A stretch of DNA of 64,000 bases from Octopus vulgaris (Eukaryota): NCBI GenBank assembly GCA_951406725.2, contig OX597819.1, forward strand, positions 72,540,001 through 72,604,000. Reading direction: 5' to 3'. The notes under the pieces are model-generated. The model searched no databases. It was not told the DNA's origin and saw only the letters and a list, made by a program, of their open reading frames with translations. This document shows positions 63,691 through 64,000 of this stretch, piece after piece. The translations under genes and the position numbers were made by a program. How positions within the stretch are numbered: the first letter of the stretch is position 1; each line of letters opens with the position of its first letter.

Positions 63691-64000
63691 ATCATCATCA
63701 TCATCATCATTTAGCATCCGCTTTCCATGCTAGCATGGGTTGGACGGGTCAACTGGGGTCTGTGAAGCTGGAAGGTTTCGTCAGGCCCAGTCAGATCTGG
63801 CAGTGTTTCTACGGCTGGATGCCCTTCCTAATGCCAACCACTCCGCGAGTGTAGTGGGTGTTTTTACGTGCAACCTGCACAGGTGCCAGACAGAGCTGGC
63901 AAACGGCCACGAACGGATGGTGCTTTTACGTGTCACCGGCACGGGGCCAGGCGATGCTGGCAACGGACTCGAATGGATGGTGCTTTTACGTGCCACCGAC
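63691..64000 (-). mobile_element. Well-preserved RTE 3' end running off the window
   Basis: (CAT)n tail, CCATGCTAGCATGGGTTGGACGG, ~60-bp UTR units with CpGs retained. Confidence 0.85.

Overview
AT-rich, microsatellite- and transposon-dense metazoan DNA. The SINE and LINE families point to a coleoid cephalopod, probably Octopus (inference). Two host genes are supported, both on the + strand. POLR1C (RPAC1/AC40) is complete with two coding exons (5757-6393 and 12079-12458, 338 aa). TEX264 is represented only by its first coding exon (26682-26936), followed by at least 37 kb with no recognisable second exon. Nearly everything else is decayed mobile DNA: RTE, CR1, Tx1/L1 and Ingi/Vingi-like LINEs, tRNA-derived SINEs, hAT, mariner and TTAA-flanked MITEs, Helentron-like elements and long palindromes. 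The most notable observations are (1) a minimal type I hammerhead ribozyme inside a fold-back at about 16.0-16.2 kb, with degenerate relatives at 31.5 and 63.4 kb; (2) a C4HC3 PHD-like finger inside an RTE reverse-transcriptase ORF; (3) twin-hairpin tandem arrays in RTE 3' UTRs; (4) POLR1C codons that A-to-I editing would restore to consensus; (5) several long inverted repeats inside introns. All calls were made by eye, and repeat boundaries are approximate unless TIR/TSD or splice sites are given.
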